A stretch of 32,000 bases of DNA from contig ACYB01000020.1 in NCBI GenBank assembly GCA_000175855.1, positions 60,001 through 92,000 on the forward strand, written 5' to 3'. Position 1 is the first letter of the stretch; each line of letters opens with the position of its first letter. Shown in pieces: positions 12,052-22,555 of the stretch. Position numbers and translations under genes: made by a program. This DNA is from Raphidiopsis brookii D9. GTDB lineage: Bacteria; Cyanobacteriota; Cyanobacteriia; Cyanobacteriales; Nostocaceae. Under the pieces are notes generated by a model, which was given only the letters and a program-made list of their open reading frames with translations, was not told where the DNA came from and did not search any database.

Positions 12052-12106
12052 AATCAGTTATCAGTGCTGGGGTAGTAGGGGGAAAGAGATATTTTGGTTG
12101 GGCAAT

Positions 12107-14176
12107 TTATAGCCAATCATCATCGTCGTCATCCCAATTATCCTGGTAACCGGGACGGGTGCGACCGGACTCGTTATTATAGGATGGGGAGGAACGGTTA
12201 TTTTGACCATAGTTCTGACCCCTAGAATTATCCCTACCATAGTCTCCGTTATAGGAACGGGATTCTCGATAGGGTTCTCTGGGATAGTCTGGCTGTTTTT
12301 CTTTTTCACCCATGAAAATCTCGCGGATAGCGCCAAACAAGTCCTCATCTTCATCCTCAGCATAATACTCCCGCACTTCACGATTTAGCTCGTACAGAGC
12401 ATCTTGCAGGTCTGAGTAAGTCTGGTCAATACCCCGGTCATTATTTTCTTTGAGACTTTCCCGCAGTTCACGACAAATGTTATCAATACGCTGACGACGG
12501 TTGCGGGCAAACTGCATACCCATTTCCAAGGCTACTTCTCTTAACTGCCGTTCTGCTTGTAAGATGAGAGCCTCGGACCGAGTGCGTTTTTCCACTCTCT
12601 CTCTCCGCTCACGATCAACATCAGCAAACTTCTGAGCGTCCTGAATCATTCTGTTAATTTCGGATTCACTTAAAGTAGAAGCACCTTGAATAGTAATACT
12701 TTGTTCCCTACCAGTGGTGCGGTCTAGAGCCATGACCTGCAAAATACCATTGGCATCTATATCAAAAGATACTTGAATTTGAGGTATACCTCGAGGAGCG
12801 GGAGGGATGCCATATAACTTAAACCTTCCCAAGGATTTATTATCCGACGACATTTCCCTTTCACCCTGAACCACATGAATTTCCACACTGTTTTGATTAT
12901 TTTCTGATGTGGAAAAAATATCGGACCGCCTAACAGGAATAGTAGTATTACGGGGAATCAGTTTTTTCATCAAACCGCCAATAGTTTCCAAACCCAGGGA
13001 AAGAGGAGTAACATCCAAAAGTAGAACGTCTTTCATTTCCCCAGCGAGAATCCCTGCTTGAATGGCCGCGCCCACAGCTACTACCTCATCTGGATTAACA
13101 TTCTCACTAGGTTCAATGCCAATTAAATCTCGCACTAGCTGCTTCACCATTGGCATTCGGGTAGATCCCCCAACTAATACCACTTCTTCTATATCCACAG
13201 GTGAAATTCCGGCATCTTTAAGTGCCCGTTTAACTGGGTTACGAATCCTAGTAAGTAAATCACTACATAAACCTTCAAATTGGGAGCGAGTCAGTCTAGT
13301 TTCCAGATGTTTTGGTCCATCCTCTGTTGCAGTAATAAAAGGCAGATTAATATCCGTAACACTCACATTAGAAAGTTCAATTTTTGCCTTTTCCGCTGCT
13401 TCCATTAAACGTTGTAAAGCTTGTCTATCTTTTCTTAAATCTACCTCTTCTGTGGCTAGAAACTGTTCCGCCAACCAGTCCACTATTTTTTTGTCAAAAT
13501 CGTTACCACCTAATTGGGTATCACCACTAGTGGATTTAACCTCGAACACCCCATCACCCACGTCTAAAATGGAAACATCAAAAGTGCCACCGCCCAAATC
13601 AAAAACGAGTATAGTTTCCAAATCACCTCGTTCTAATCCGTATGCTAGGGAAGCAGCGGTAGGTTCATTGAGAATACGCAGCACCTCCAACCCGGCAATT
13701 CTACCAGCATTGCGGGTGGCTTGCCGTTGAGAATCATTAAAATAGGCAGGTACGGTAATTACGGCCCCAGTGACGGGTTGACCCAAATAGCGACTGGCAT
13801 CAGTGGCCAATTTCTTCAACACCATTGCCGAAATTTCTTCCGGGGCAAAGTCTTTATTTAATCTGGGACAGGCAACCTTAATATTGCCCATTTCATCCTT
13901 ACGAATGGTGTAGGGTACACGCTTAGAATCGGGATTCAGTTCTCCATATCTACGTCCAATAAATCGTTTAACAGCAAAAAACGTATTTTGGGGATTGAGA
14001 ACTGTTTGCCTTCTGGCCATTTGTCCTACAACTCTTTCACCTTCCTTGCTGAAACCTACAACTGAGGGAGTAGTTCGTACACCTTCAGCATTAGCAATCA
14101 CCACCGGCTTGCCACCCTCCATCACGGCGACTACTGAGTTGGTTGTACCCAAGTCGATGCCGACTACCTTGCCCAT
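12107..14176 (-). CDS. dnaK: Molecular chaperone DnaK (Hsp70), cyanobacterial paralog with acidic C-terminal tail
   Basis: 689 aa; [45 protein letters not shown], and C-terminus ..[10 protein letters not shown]. Confidence 0.96.
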   Translation of the reverse strand: MGKVVGIDLGTTNSVVAVMEGGKPVVIANAEGVRTTPSVVGFSKEGERVVGQMARRQTVLNPQNTFFAVKRFIGRRYGELNPDSKRVPYTIRKDEMGNIKVACPRLNKDFAPEEISAMVLKKLATDASRYLGQPVTGAVITVPAYFNDSQRQATRNAGRIAGLEVLRILNEPTAASLAYGLERGDLETILVFDLGGGTFDVSILDVGDGVFEVKSTSGDTQLGGNDFDKKIVDWLAEQFLATEEVDLRKDRQALQRLMEAAEKAKIELSNVSVTDINLPFITATEDGPKHLETRLTRSQFEGLCSDLLTRIRNPVKRALKDAGISPVDIEEVVLVGGSTRMPMVKQLVRDLIGIEPSENVNPDEVVAVGAAIQAGILAGEMKDVLLLDVTPLSLGLETIGGLMKKLIPRNTTIPVRRSDIFSTSENNQNSVEIHVVQGEREMSSDNKSLGRFKLYGIPPAPRGIPQIQVSFDIDANGILQVMALDRTTGREQSITIQGASTLSESEINRMIQDAQKFADVDRERRERVEKRTRSEALILQAERQLREVALEMGMQFARNRRQRIDNICRELRESLKENNDRGIDQTYSDLQDALYELNREVREYYAEDEDEDLFGAIREIFMGEKEKQPDYPREPYRESRSYNGDYGRDNSRGQNYGQNNRSSPSYNNESGRTRPGYQDNWDDDDDDWL

Positions 14177-14275
14177 GGGTTTTTTTTCTCCTGTTTTCTG
14201 TTCAACTAGATTTATATGATATTATTCTATTATGGTGGTTTTGCCATTGTCCCCGGTTGACCTAGGTTAAACTGG

Positions 14276-15979
14276 TTAACTAATGCCAAACACAGAACCC
14301 ATGGTAGATTTGATGGAGTTTCCCGCATCTTTTAGGGTCTGGGTAATTGGATGTTTTGACTGGAGAAACACCTTGGCGCAATTACGTCCTGGCATTCCCG
14401 AAATGGATCCACCAGGATGGGTTCCCGCACCCGTTAAAAATAAATTGTTAATAGGAGTTTTATAATTGGCCAATTCCGGTAGGGGTCTAAAGAATATCAT
14501 TTGGTCTAAGGTCATGTCAATATGGTAATAATTGCCTTTATAAGCTCCTAGTCGTTCCCCCAATTCTGCTGGACTTTCTACCCTTCTGGCAATGGTGGCA
14601 GTTTTTACATTAGGAGCATAGGTGGCCAGCTTTTCCACTACTTTATCTGCTACCCGATTTTTTAATTCATCAGTCCAACCTGTTCCCTTTAAACCTCTAC
14701 CCTCTGCACCAGCAATTTGATAGGGGGCAAAAAATTCAATCCACACCGTGTGTTTTCCCGGTGGGGCTAAACTGGGGTCTAAAAAGCTAGGCACTACCAC
14801 GTACATGGAGGGGTTACTGTCGGGAATTTCTCCTAGGGTGCATTTACTATGAGCTTGTTCTACATGATGCATAGAATCCGCAATTAGAATAGACCCAGCC
14901 AAATATTCATCTTTATGGTTGTGGTAGGGGAAACGTAAAGGCTCATCTAAGGCTAAATCTATCTTTAAAATAGTTTCATTATTGTTAACTATCCGTCTTG
15001 CCAATCTTTCTCGCAGTTGGGGATCCGCATCATCTACTTCCGTGGGATCAACTAATTGTAAAAATAATCGTTGAGCATCAATGTTAGAAATTACTCCATA
15101 CTTAGCACGATATTCCCTACCACCAGCTACACGTACCCCCACGGCTTCACCATTGTCAATTAGGACTTTTTCTACTAACTGGTCAGTGAGGATTTTACCT
15201 TGCTTGGCAGTAACTAAATTTACTAGTGCTTTGATTAAAGCACCCGTACCTCCACGGGGTCTACTCATTCCTGGGTGGTGACGCATGGACATCATCATTA
15301 CGCCTATGGCTAAGTTTTTTTGTGATGGTGGTGCTCCCAGTTCTGATGCTAATCTTGAGAGGGGAGCTTTTAAAAACTCTTCATCAAACCATTCGTTTAG
15401 AATATCTTCTGCACTTGTAAGCATGGTGCGAATAAAATCTAAACTTTTTTGAGTAGAGCCAACAACAGAAAATAAATCTTGGAATTTTTCCAGATTATAG
15501 TTACCAAAAATATCTATGATTGATTTTGGTGGAGCATTAAAAATGGGCATCATCGCATTAATTACTCGTTGCCAATATTGAGTAAATTCCGCATATTTTT
15601 TAGCGTCCTTTGGGTTGTATCTGGCGATTTCTGCACAGGTTTTTTCTAGGGATTTATGAGCTAGGAAGTACTTACCATCTGGATGGGGACAGAAAACCAC
15701 TGGATCGCATTCTAGATATTCCAAACCATATTTTTCCAGCTCTAATTCTTCTACAACTGGACCTAAGTGAATAAACTCATGGTCAATAGCACAAAGATTA
15801 AATTTGAACCCTGGTGCTTGTTCTGGAATACATTCCTCCGTAGTAGCTGCACCACCGGGAACGGAACGCTTTTCTAGTAGTAGAACACTATAACCAGCTT
15901 TGAGTAGGTAAGCTGCACACACTAAACCATTGTGTCCAGCACCAATAATTATTACATCGTATTCATCTTTATGGTTCAT
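14276..15979 (-). CDS. crtO: Beta-carotene ketolase, CrtO type (phytoene-desaturase-like FAD oxidoreductase)
   Basis: 567 aa; VIIIGAGHNGLVCAAYLLKAGYSVLLLEKRSVPGGAATTEE, AIDHEFIHLGPV, FLTGAGTHPGGSISGMPGRNCA. Closely resembles Synechocystis CrtO as recalled. Confidence 0.87.
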   Translation of the reverse strand: MNHKDEYDVIIIGAGHNGLVCAAYLLKAGYSVLLLEKRSVPGGAATTEECIPEQAPGFKFNLCAIDHEFIHLGPVVEELELEKYGLEYLECDPVVFCPHPDGKYFLAHKSLEKTCAEIARYNPKDAKKYAEFTQYWQRVINAMMPIFNAPPKSIIDIFGNYNLEKFQDLFSVVGSTQKSLDFIRTMLTSAEDILNEWFDEEFLKAPLSRLASELGAPPSQKNLAIGVMMMSMRHHPGMSRPRGGTGALIKALVNLVTAKQGKILTDQLVEKVLIDNGEAVGVRVAGGREYRAKYGVISNIDAQRLFLQLVDPTEVDDADPQLRERLARRIVNNNETILKIDLALDEPLRFPYHNHKDEYLAGSILIADSMHHVEQAHSKCTLGEIPDSNPSMYVVVPSFLDPSLAPPGKHTVWIEFFAPYQIAGAEGRGLKGTGWTDELKNRVADKVVEKLATYAPNVKTATIARRVESPAELGERLGAYKGNYYHIDMTLDQMIFFRPLPELANYKTPINNLFLTGAGTHPGGSISGMPGRNCAKVFLQSKHPITQTLKDAGNSIKSTMGSVFGIS

Positions 15980-16070
15980 GTAGCCTTAAATATACTATTA
16001 ATATATACTGCATGTAATTTACTATAAGTAGTATAACCCAGGTATTGCAACTTAAAAATATTTTTTTGTT

Positions 16071-16103
16071 GGAGAGGGGAGTTGATAAAAAACTTCCCCC
16101 TCC
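16071..16103 (-). terminator. Hairpin downstream of glgA, possible terminator
   Basis: ggagaggggagtt-gataaaa-aacttccccctcc: 13-bp stem with one mismatch and one G:T wobble, at the 3' end of the minus-strand glgA. Confidence 0.5.
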
Positions 16104-16130
16104 TAACTTATATCAGAAGATTTACCAAGT

Positions 16131-17612
16131 TTACCACTTGTGTCTTATCCAATCATAGATCTCTAAGTATTTCTCCCCGGGAAGATTCCAGGAGTAGTCA
16201 TACTGCATACCCTGAATGGCTAACTTTTCAAACTCCTTTGGTTGGTTCTTCCATAGGTCAATAGCTCTACCCATGGCTGACTCTAGGCCTTGATCGTCTT
16301 GGCTATAAAACACGTAACCATTACGCCTTTCTAGGGGTAGGGTTTCTTCGTAATCTCGGTCAAAAACTGTGTTTACTAATCCACCCACGCCTCTAACTAT
16401 GGGAACTGTGCCATATTTTAACCCAATCATCTGAGTTAATCCACAGGGTTCATAATTACTGGGGACAACTATCATATCCGATCCCGCATAAATTAGATGG
16501 GATAGTTCTTCGTTAAATCCTAGTTCTAGATGAACATCTGGGTTACTATTTAAAAATTGTTTTTCATGTTGAAAATGAGCGTTGATTGCTGGTTCGGTGG
16601 CTGAACCTAAAAGTACAAATTGCGCTCCTTGATCTAGGGCATAATAAATGGCATGGTGGACAAGATGTACACCTTTTTGATTATCCAAGCGACCAATATA
16701 GGCGATGATTGGTTTGCTATCATTATCCTGTAACATCAGTCGTTCTCGTAAAGCTTTTTTGTTATAGGCTTTTTGTTCAAAATCATCCCAGCTGTAACTA
16801 TGGGGAATATAACGGTCAATTTCCGCATTCCAAAAGTCATAATCAATGCCGTTTAAAACTCCACTAAATTTGTCTTTTTGCAAATATAATGTGTGTCCCA
16901 ATCCGCAACCTACTTCTGTGGTTTGCGCTTCTACAGCATGATTTGGTGAAACTGTGGTGATGGCATTGGCATAGTTGATCCCCGCCTTCATAAAGTTGAT
17001 GGCAAAGGGGTTAAAGTTGTCTCTTAATTTATCGTACTGAAAGTAATATTCCGGTCGGTTTAAGTTAGTTGCTTCCAGGGTTTCTACACCCCCCATTCCC
17101 TGATGTTTAAAGTTGTGAATGGTGTAACACACTCTTTGATATTCCATGCCATGGTATTTATAAATTTCATACAACATGACAGGAATTAGTCCGGTTTGCC
17201 AGTCGTGACAATGAATTATATCTGGTCTTTTATTACTCTGTAATAAAAACTCCAGGGCGGCTTTGCTAAAAAAGGCAAATCGCATATTGTCATCATTACA
17301 ACCGTAGTAACAACCCCTATTAAAGAAGTTGTCTTGACTATGGGGTTGAATGAAGAAACACACTCTACCATGTACCCAACCACAATATACTGAACAGTGA
17401 ATTGCTGCGCCAAACCAGGGTACCCACAAATTTAAATAAGCATCATGTAATCCCCATACATGGTCATAGCGCATACAGTCGTACATGGGTAGTATTAGTT
17501 CAACTGTATTTCCCCTTCCTTCTAATTCCCTGCTAAGTCCGTAGACAACATCCCCTAACCCCCCAGCTTTAATTACTGGAGCGCATTCTGAGGCAATTTG
17601 TACTATGTACAT
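16131..17612 (-). CDS. glgA: Glycogen synthase (GT5 family)
   Basis: 493 aa; MYIVQIASECAPVIKAGGLGDVVYGLSRELEGRG, PDIIHCHDWQTGLIP, YGTVPIVRGVGGLVNTV. Confidence 0.93.
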   Translation of the reverse strand: MYIVQIASECAPVIKAGGLGDVVYGLSRELEGRGNTVELILPMYDCMRYDHVWGLHDAYLNLWVPWFGAAIHCSVYCGWVHGRVCFFIQPHSQDNFFNRGCYYGCNDDNMRFAFFSKAALEFLLQSNKRPDIIHCHDWQTGLIPVMLYEIYKYHGMEYQRVCYTIHNFKHQGMGGVETLEATNLNRPEYYFQYDKLRDNFNPFAINFMKAGINYANAITTVSPNHAVEAQTTEVGCGLGHTLYLQKDKFSGVLNGIDYDFWNAEIDRYIPHSYSWDDFEQKAYNKKALRERLMLQDNDSKPIIAYIGRLDNQKGVHLVHHAIYYALDQGAQFVLLGSATEPAINAHFQHEKQFLNSNPDVHLELGFNEELSHLIYAGSDMIVVPSNYEPCGLTQMIGLKYGTVPIVRGVGGLVNTVFDRDYEETLPLERRNGYVFYSQDDQGLESAMGRAIDLWKNQPKEFEKLAIQGMQYDYSWNLPGEKYLEIYDWIRHKW

Positions 17613-17761
17613 TCCTAGCCCTCACTTCACAAAACTTTATTTAACTTCATTTAATATATAGTAATTATTACTCATTTGTTTCTTGTCTTACTAATTTTGG
17701 ATTCTTGATTTTTATCCAGACGTGTCTATATTAGTGTTGTTCATGAATCTTCATTGAAGAT

Positions 17762-19017
17762 TTATGTAAGAGTAGGATCCTGTAATACAGTTTTTGAGAC
17801 AATTTTGGTTTTACTGCGATCGCTTGCTGATAAGTCCTCTCCAGCTTGTAAACGGGTTGCAGAATTTTGTAATACCGTCCCTGCATTAGCATCACCCATT
17901 TGCAAAGCTGTTTTTGCGGCCGCTTGTAACATAGTTGCTGCTCCCAAACGGTCTCCTTGCTGCAATCTATCTTCTGCTAACTGGGTTTGACGATACTTGG
18001 CTAAAGCTAGAATGTAATTTTGCACTTTTGGACTAGTATTTTCTTGGTAAGTGCGCTCCACATTGACATAGACTGGTAAATTTGGGAATATAATCCCGTT
18101 TTGTCTACAGAAGGGTCATTGTAACGTACTTGTACATTGGCGATCGCCTGTTGACCTTCGGGCAATTGTTCCAAATAAATATTAGTCAATATCACCCGTT
18201 CCACATCTTTCATTAAATCCCCTAACTTAACCCCAAACCGTCCATCTGGTTCCACTTGCACTGGTAATTCAATCGTATCTGGGGACACCTGAGCAACAGG
18301 TTTAAATTCAGCTAAACGTATATTTGGTGCTAGTGAAAATAACAAATAAGCATTAGTCAGTCCGACAGTTTGCATTCGCATCAACAAACTATTAAACTTG
18401 TCCACTGCCTGATCGGGGTGTTCAATATGAGACAAACTTCCCAGTCCAGCGTCAGAAATTTTCTCTAAAATATGCTGATTCCAATTATTGCCAAATCCCA
18501 AGGTGTTAACGGTCAAATTATAATCAGCAGCCAACTGGGCAAATTTTAAACAGCGATTATTATCACCATGTTCATTTTCCCCATCCGTAAGTAAAAAGGC
18601 CTGGGAAATAGTATCCCTTCTTCCCTTTGCCAACTCCTCAATTCCCAATCGCAACCCCTCATCAATAGATGTTCCCCCGTTTGCTGACAGACGATTGATT
18701 TGTTGTTTAATGTGATCTCTATCTACAACATTTTGATTAGATAGTAGCACTTCTGCTCGGTGATTAAATACCACAATGCTTAGTCTATCCTGATCCCTAA
18801 GCTTATCAACCAGCAACCAAGCAGCGCGTTTAACATTTTCCACAGGTTGGCCCTTCATGGAACCACTGTGGTCCAAAATCAAACATAGGTTCAACGGGAC
18901 TCTTGAATCTATAGTTTCTCCAATAGCAGAAACAGAAATAGCTATCAGGCGTTGACTACTAGATTTACTGGCATCCACATTAGTATTATTGACACCGGAC
19001 TGCAAATTGACCTTCAT
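17762..19017 (-). pseudogene. VWA domain-containing protein split by an apparent 1-nt frameshift near 18078-18086
   Basis: The 336-aa ORF (18007-19017) has the MIDAS motif DHSGSM and runs to ..SVDKTGLYSQ. The 99-aa ORF (17762-18061) continues the protein in another frame, and the implied junction is ..QI(x)PVYVNVERTYQENTSPKVQNYILALAKYRQTQLAEDRLQQGD.. . Confidence 0.8.
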
Positions 19018-19206
19018 AAACCATTATCCTAAAAAGATTGGGTTGTAGTAAATAATTAAATAATTTCAGATGCACAAAATAATTCTAACCTCGAGTCAGC
19101 TAACCGACTATGAACTAATCTTGGTGGGCAAATAATTCACTAATCTGAGGATCGCGCTAGGATGTAATACATACAGTTAAGAATATAGACTCAGGCAATT
19201 TAGTTC

Positions 19207-19896
19207 ATGGAAACTTCTCCCATCAAAGCTGTCCAAACCTCCTACTACAGCGACAACTGGTACCGCACACCACCACCAGACCTGGCCTCCCTACTGCTAA
19301 AGGAAAGAATAGTTTATCTGGGTACACCTTTGGTTTCTCCAGACGAGTATAAACGCCAAATGGGGGTTGATGTCACCAAGTTGATTATTGCCCAACTACT
19401 GTATCTCAAGTTTGACAACCCAGAGAAACCCATCTTTTTCTACATCAACTCTACAGGTACATCTTGGTACACTGGAGATGCTATTGGCTATGAAACGGAA
19501 GCTTTTGCCATTTGTGATACTATAGACTACATTAAGACTCCTGTACATACTATCTGTATTGGTCAAGCTATAGGTACAGCAGCACTAATTCTCTCCTGTG
19601 GGACTAAAGGGTTTCGTGCCAGTTTGCCCCATGCTACAATAGTTCTCAATCAACCTCGTAGCGGTACAAGAGGTCAGGCTACGGACATTCAAATTTATGC
19701 CAAGGAGGTCCTGTCCAACAAAGCGGCAATTCTAGACATTTTCTCCAAAAATACGGGACAGCAACCGGAAAAAATCTCTAAGGATATGGAAAGAATGTTC
19801 TATTTGACTCCACAAGCTGCCAAAGAATACGGTTTAATAGACCGTGTTTTGGAAAGCATGAAGGATTTGCCTAAACCCCTGCCCATCCCTGTTTAA
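19207..19896 (+). CDS. clpR: ClpR-type inactive ClpP homolog
   Basis: 229 aa ClpP fold. Catalytic Ser position is Gly (GQAIGTAA), His position is Asn (VLNQPRSG), Asp position is Met (DMERM). A ClpR-like insertion GTSWYTGDAIGYETEAFAI is present. Confidence 0.88.
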   Translation: METSPIKAVQTSYYSDNWYRTPPPDLASLLLKERIVYLGTPLVSPDEYKRQMGVDVTKLIIAQLLYLKFDNPEKPIFFYINSTGTSWYTGDAIGYETEAFAICDTIDYIKTPVHTICIGQAIGTAALILSCGTKGFRASLPHATIVLNQPRSGTRGQATDIQIYAKEVLSNKAAILDIFSKNTGQQPEKISKDMERMFYLTPQAAKEYGLIDRVLESMKDLPKPLPIPV

Positions 19897-19950
19897 CACG
19901 AAAATAACCCCAGTTGCTGCCCACACCTCTAGTCGTTTTTTCTTATCCGT

Positions 19951-20595
19951 ATGTCCCTTAATGCCGCCCTCCGAGTCCCCTATAACATTCCCGGTAGTAA
20001 TTCCTGGCAATGGGTAAATATATATACCCGTATGGCTCAAGAACGAATTTTGTTTTTGAATCAGCCACTCACCACCAATCTGGCCAATTCTCTCATTTCT
20101 TCCCTGCTGTATCTTGACTCAGAGGACTCAAGCAAACCTATCTACCTTTACATTAACTCTTTTGGTGATCCTGTTATGGCGGGTATGATTAGTGAGATGG
20201 CGGGAATGGAGTCCACTAATGCTTGTTTGGCAATTTATGATACTATCCAACACGTTAAATCAGAAATTGTTACCATTTGCTTGGGACAAGCTGTATCTAT
20301 GGCTGCTTTGTTGCTTTCCTGTGGTGCCAAGGGTAAACGGGTGAGTTTACCGCATTGCAGTATTGCTTTGGCACAGTTCCGCAGCGCCACCCAGGGTCAA
20401 GCTACGGATATTCAACTGAATGCACAGGAGGTTCTACGCAAAAAATCCCTGATTCTGGACATTTTTTCCCACAATACTGGACAGTCTCGCGAAAAAATTG
20501 CTCATGATAGTGAGCGTATTTTTTACATGACTCCCCCAGAAGCTAGGGAATATGGGTTAATTGATCACGTCTTAGAAAATACTAAGCAGCTATAA
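19951..20595 (+). CDS. ClpP-like proteolytic subunit with partially degraded triad (second ClpR-like)
   Basis: 214 aa. Ser retained (GQAVSMAALLL), His position is Ala (SIALAQFRSAT), Asp position is Ile (HDSERIFYMTP). Insertion GDPVMAGMISEMAGMESTNACLAIYD. Confidence 0.85.
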   Translation: MSLNAALRVPYNIPGSNSWQWVNIYTRMAQERILFLNQPLTTNLANSLISSLLYLDSEDSSKPIYLYINSFGDPVMAGMISEMAGMESTNACLAIYDTIQHVKSEIVTICLGQAVSMAALLLSCGAKGKRVSLPHCSIALAQFRSATQGQATDIQLNAQEVLRKKSLILDIFSHNTGQSREKIAHDSERIFYMTPPEAREYGLIDHVLENTKQL

Positions 20596-20642
20596 CTCAT
20601 AGATAAAGTACGTCTAAACCCTAATTATCCTATTAAACTGTC

Positions 20643-21227
20643 ATGCCCATTGGTATTCCCAAAGTTCCCTATCGTCTTCCTGGTAGTAATTACGAGCAAT
20701 GGATTGATCTGGAGGATCGTCTATTTCGGGAGCGAATTATTTTCCTCACAGAAGAGGTGGATGATGGTATAGCTAATGCCATTGTTGCCTATCTGCTTTA
20801 CTTAGATTCCGATGATCAGACCAAGCCAATTTACCTGTATATCAATTCTCCTGGTGGATCTGTAACTGCAGGAATGGCAATTTATGATACCATACAGTAC
20901 ATTAAATCGGAAGTCATTACAATTTGTGTTGGTTTAGCTGCTTCCATGGGATCCTTTCTCCTTGCTGCTGGAGCCAAGGGTAAACGTTTAGCTCTACCTC
21001 ATTCCCGAATTATGATTCACCAACCTTCCGGTGGTACTCGTGGTCAAGCTTCTGATATTGAAATCGAAGCTAGGGAAATTCTACGTATCCGTCATCAGCT
21101 CAACCAAATTTATGCTGATAATACTGGTCAAGTCCTATCTAAAATTGAAAAGGATATGGACAGGGATTTCTTTATGTCCGCTCAAGAAGCCAAAGAATAT
21201 GGTTTAATTGACCGTGTAATCGAATAA
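20643..21227 (+). CDS. clpP: ATP-dependent Clp protease proteolytic subunit, active type
   Basis: 194 aa with intact triad motifs [21 protein letters not shown] and [11 protein letters not shown]. Confidence 0.96.
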   Translation: MPIGIPKVPYRLPGSNYEQWIDLEDRLFRERIIFLTEEVDDGIANAIVAYLLYLDSDDQTKPIYLYINSPGGSVTAGMAIYDTIQYIKSEVITICVGLAASMGSFLLAAGAKGKRLALPHSRIMIHQPSGGTRGQASDIEIEAREILRIRHQLNQIYADNTGQVLSKIEKDMDRDFFMSAQEAKEYGLIDRVIE

Positions 21228-21273
21228 ACCACTTGGGGAATGGGGATTTTACAACAAGCGGGGTGAATTTGCT

Positions 21274-22488
21274 GTGTTGAACTACGATGTGATTGTCTGT
21301 GGAGCAGGTCCAGCCGGGACAACGGCAGCATGGGTAGCAGCTAAAACAGGACTTAAAGTAGCGCTAATTGAAAAGTATCCTCTACCACGTCACAAGACAT
21401 GTGGTGGAGGAATGCCTGCTGTAGTGGGGAGTTTATTACCTGATTTAGTACCGGAAGCAGTAGTGGCTTGTCAAGTCAACTATATGCGGCACACATGGAA
21501 ATTTGACCATCCAATTTTAGGTGCAATTAACCCACCAGGGAGCGAACCAGAACTCAAGTTGTGGATGGTGCAGCGTTCAGTATTTGATAATGCTTTAGCG
21601 CGACAAGCATCACAAGCGGGAGCAGATTTACGAGATGGACTAGCAGTTAAGTCTTTAGAAATTGACTCCCATGGTGTCATCGTTCGTGCCCGATCTTTTA
21701 AGAATGATAGTGGAATAGGATGGGGGGAATTTGTAGCTTATGCTCCTTACGTGATTGGAGCAGATGGAGCTAATGGGATCACGGCCAAAACGGCTAATTT
21801 GAGACGAGAGAGGACCATGGCCCTGGCCATGGAGGTGGAATACCCTTATAATTGGACTCAGAACCACCCCAAGGATCTGCGTCCAGATGTGATCCATTTA
21901 GAGTACGGTGCTGTTCCTAATGGCTATGGGTGGATCTTCCCGAAAGAAGACCATTTGAATGTGGGGGCGGGACTATTTCGACCTGATCGCCGTGATTGTC
22001 GTAGTGACCACAGCATTCGCGCGCAGCTCCAGCAGGCTATCTTTCAGTATCTAGACTTTATGGATATCTCTTACAACCCAGAATTAATCCGTTTTCATGG
22101 TCATCCTTTACCTATATGGCATGGTAGGGAAAAATGCCACACTCCCGATGGTAAAATTCTTTTAGCCGGGGATGCTGCGGGACTAATTAATCCCTTTTTT
22201 GGGGATGGGATTTTACATGCGGTTAAAAGTGGAATGCTTGCAGCTGAGTGCGTTGCTACAAACACCACTGGCAGTTACACCCAACGAATTCACCATGAGT
22301 TTGCTGCCAACTTTGATGCTGCACTACAAATGGCGCGATTTTACTATCAATGGCCTCACTTTTGCTATCAGCAAGTAGTTAATCGTCCCACCGCCACCCA
22401 TATTGCTGCTCGTTTGCTCTATGGGGAAACTCCTTTCCATCAAGTCGCAGAGCGAATGATAGGGAAAATGCGCAGTCTGATGTTTTAG
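21274..22488 (+). CDS. Geranylgeranyl reductase family FAD-dependent oxidoreductase
   Basis: 404 aa; VIVCGAGPAGTTAAWVAAKTGLKVALIEK, KTCGGGMP, YVIGADGANG, GLINPFFGDGI. GTG start. Confidence 0.88.
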   Translation: MLNYDVIVCGAGPAGTTAAWVAAKTGLKVALIEKYPLPRHKTCGGGMPAVVGSLLPDLVPEAVVACQVNYMRHTWKFDHPILGAINPPGSEPELKLWMVQRSVFDNALARQASQAGADLRDGLAVKSLEIDSHGVIVRARSFKNDSGIGWGEFVAYAPYVIGADGANGITAKTANLRRERTMALAMEVEYPYNWTQNHPKDLRPDVIHLEYGAVPNGYGWIFPKEDHLNVGAGLFRPDRRDCRSDHSIRAQLQQAIFQYLDFMDISYNPELIRFHGHPLPIWHGREKCHTPDGKILLAGDAAGLINPFFGDGILHAVKSGMLAAECVATNTTGSYTQRIHHEFAANFDAALQMARFYYQWPHFCYQQVVNRPTATHIAARLLYGETPFHQVAERMIGKMRSLMF

Positions 22489-22555
22489 GATTCGTTTAAT
22501 TGTGATACATGGGTAGTCCCCGTACCTTCCGGTCGGGGAGTGCTTCAAACTGCTG

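Noticed and set aside
13062-13730. 222-aa plus-strand ORF antisense to dnaK
   Set aside because: Lies entirely opposite conserved DnaK ATPase-domain coding sequence. Composition (Ser/Pro/Leu rich) is typical of an antisense shadow ORF.
19834-20040. 68-aa minus-strand ORF spanning the clpR / second clp gene junction
   Set aside because: Overlaps both coding sequences antisense; no domain resemblance.
22517-22540. Short hairpin tccccg...cgggga after the rpsU (22556) 3' end
   Set aside because: Only about 6 bp of clear stem and no convincing U-tract; not strong enough to call a terminator.
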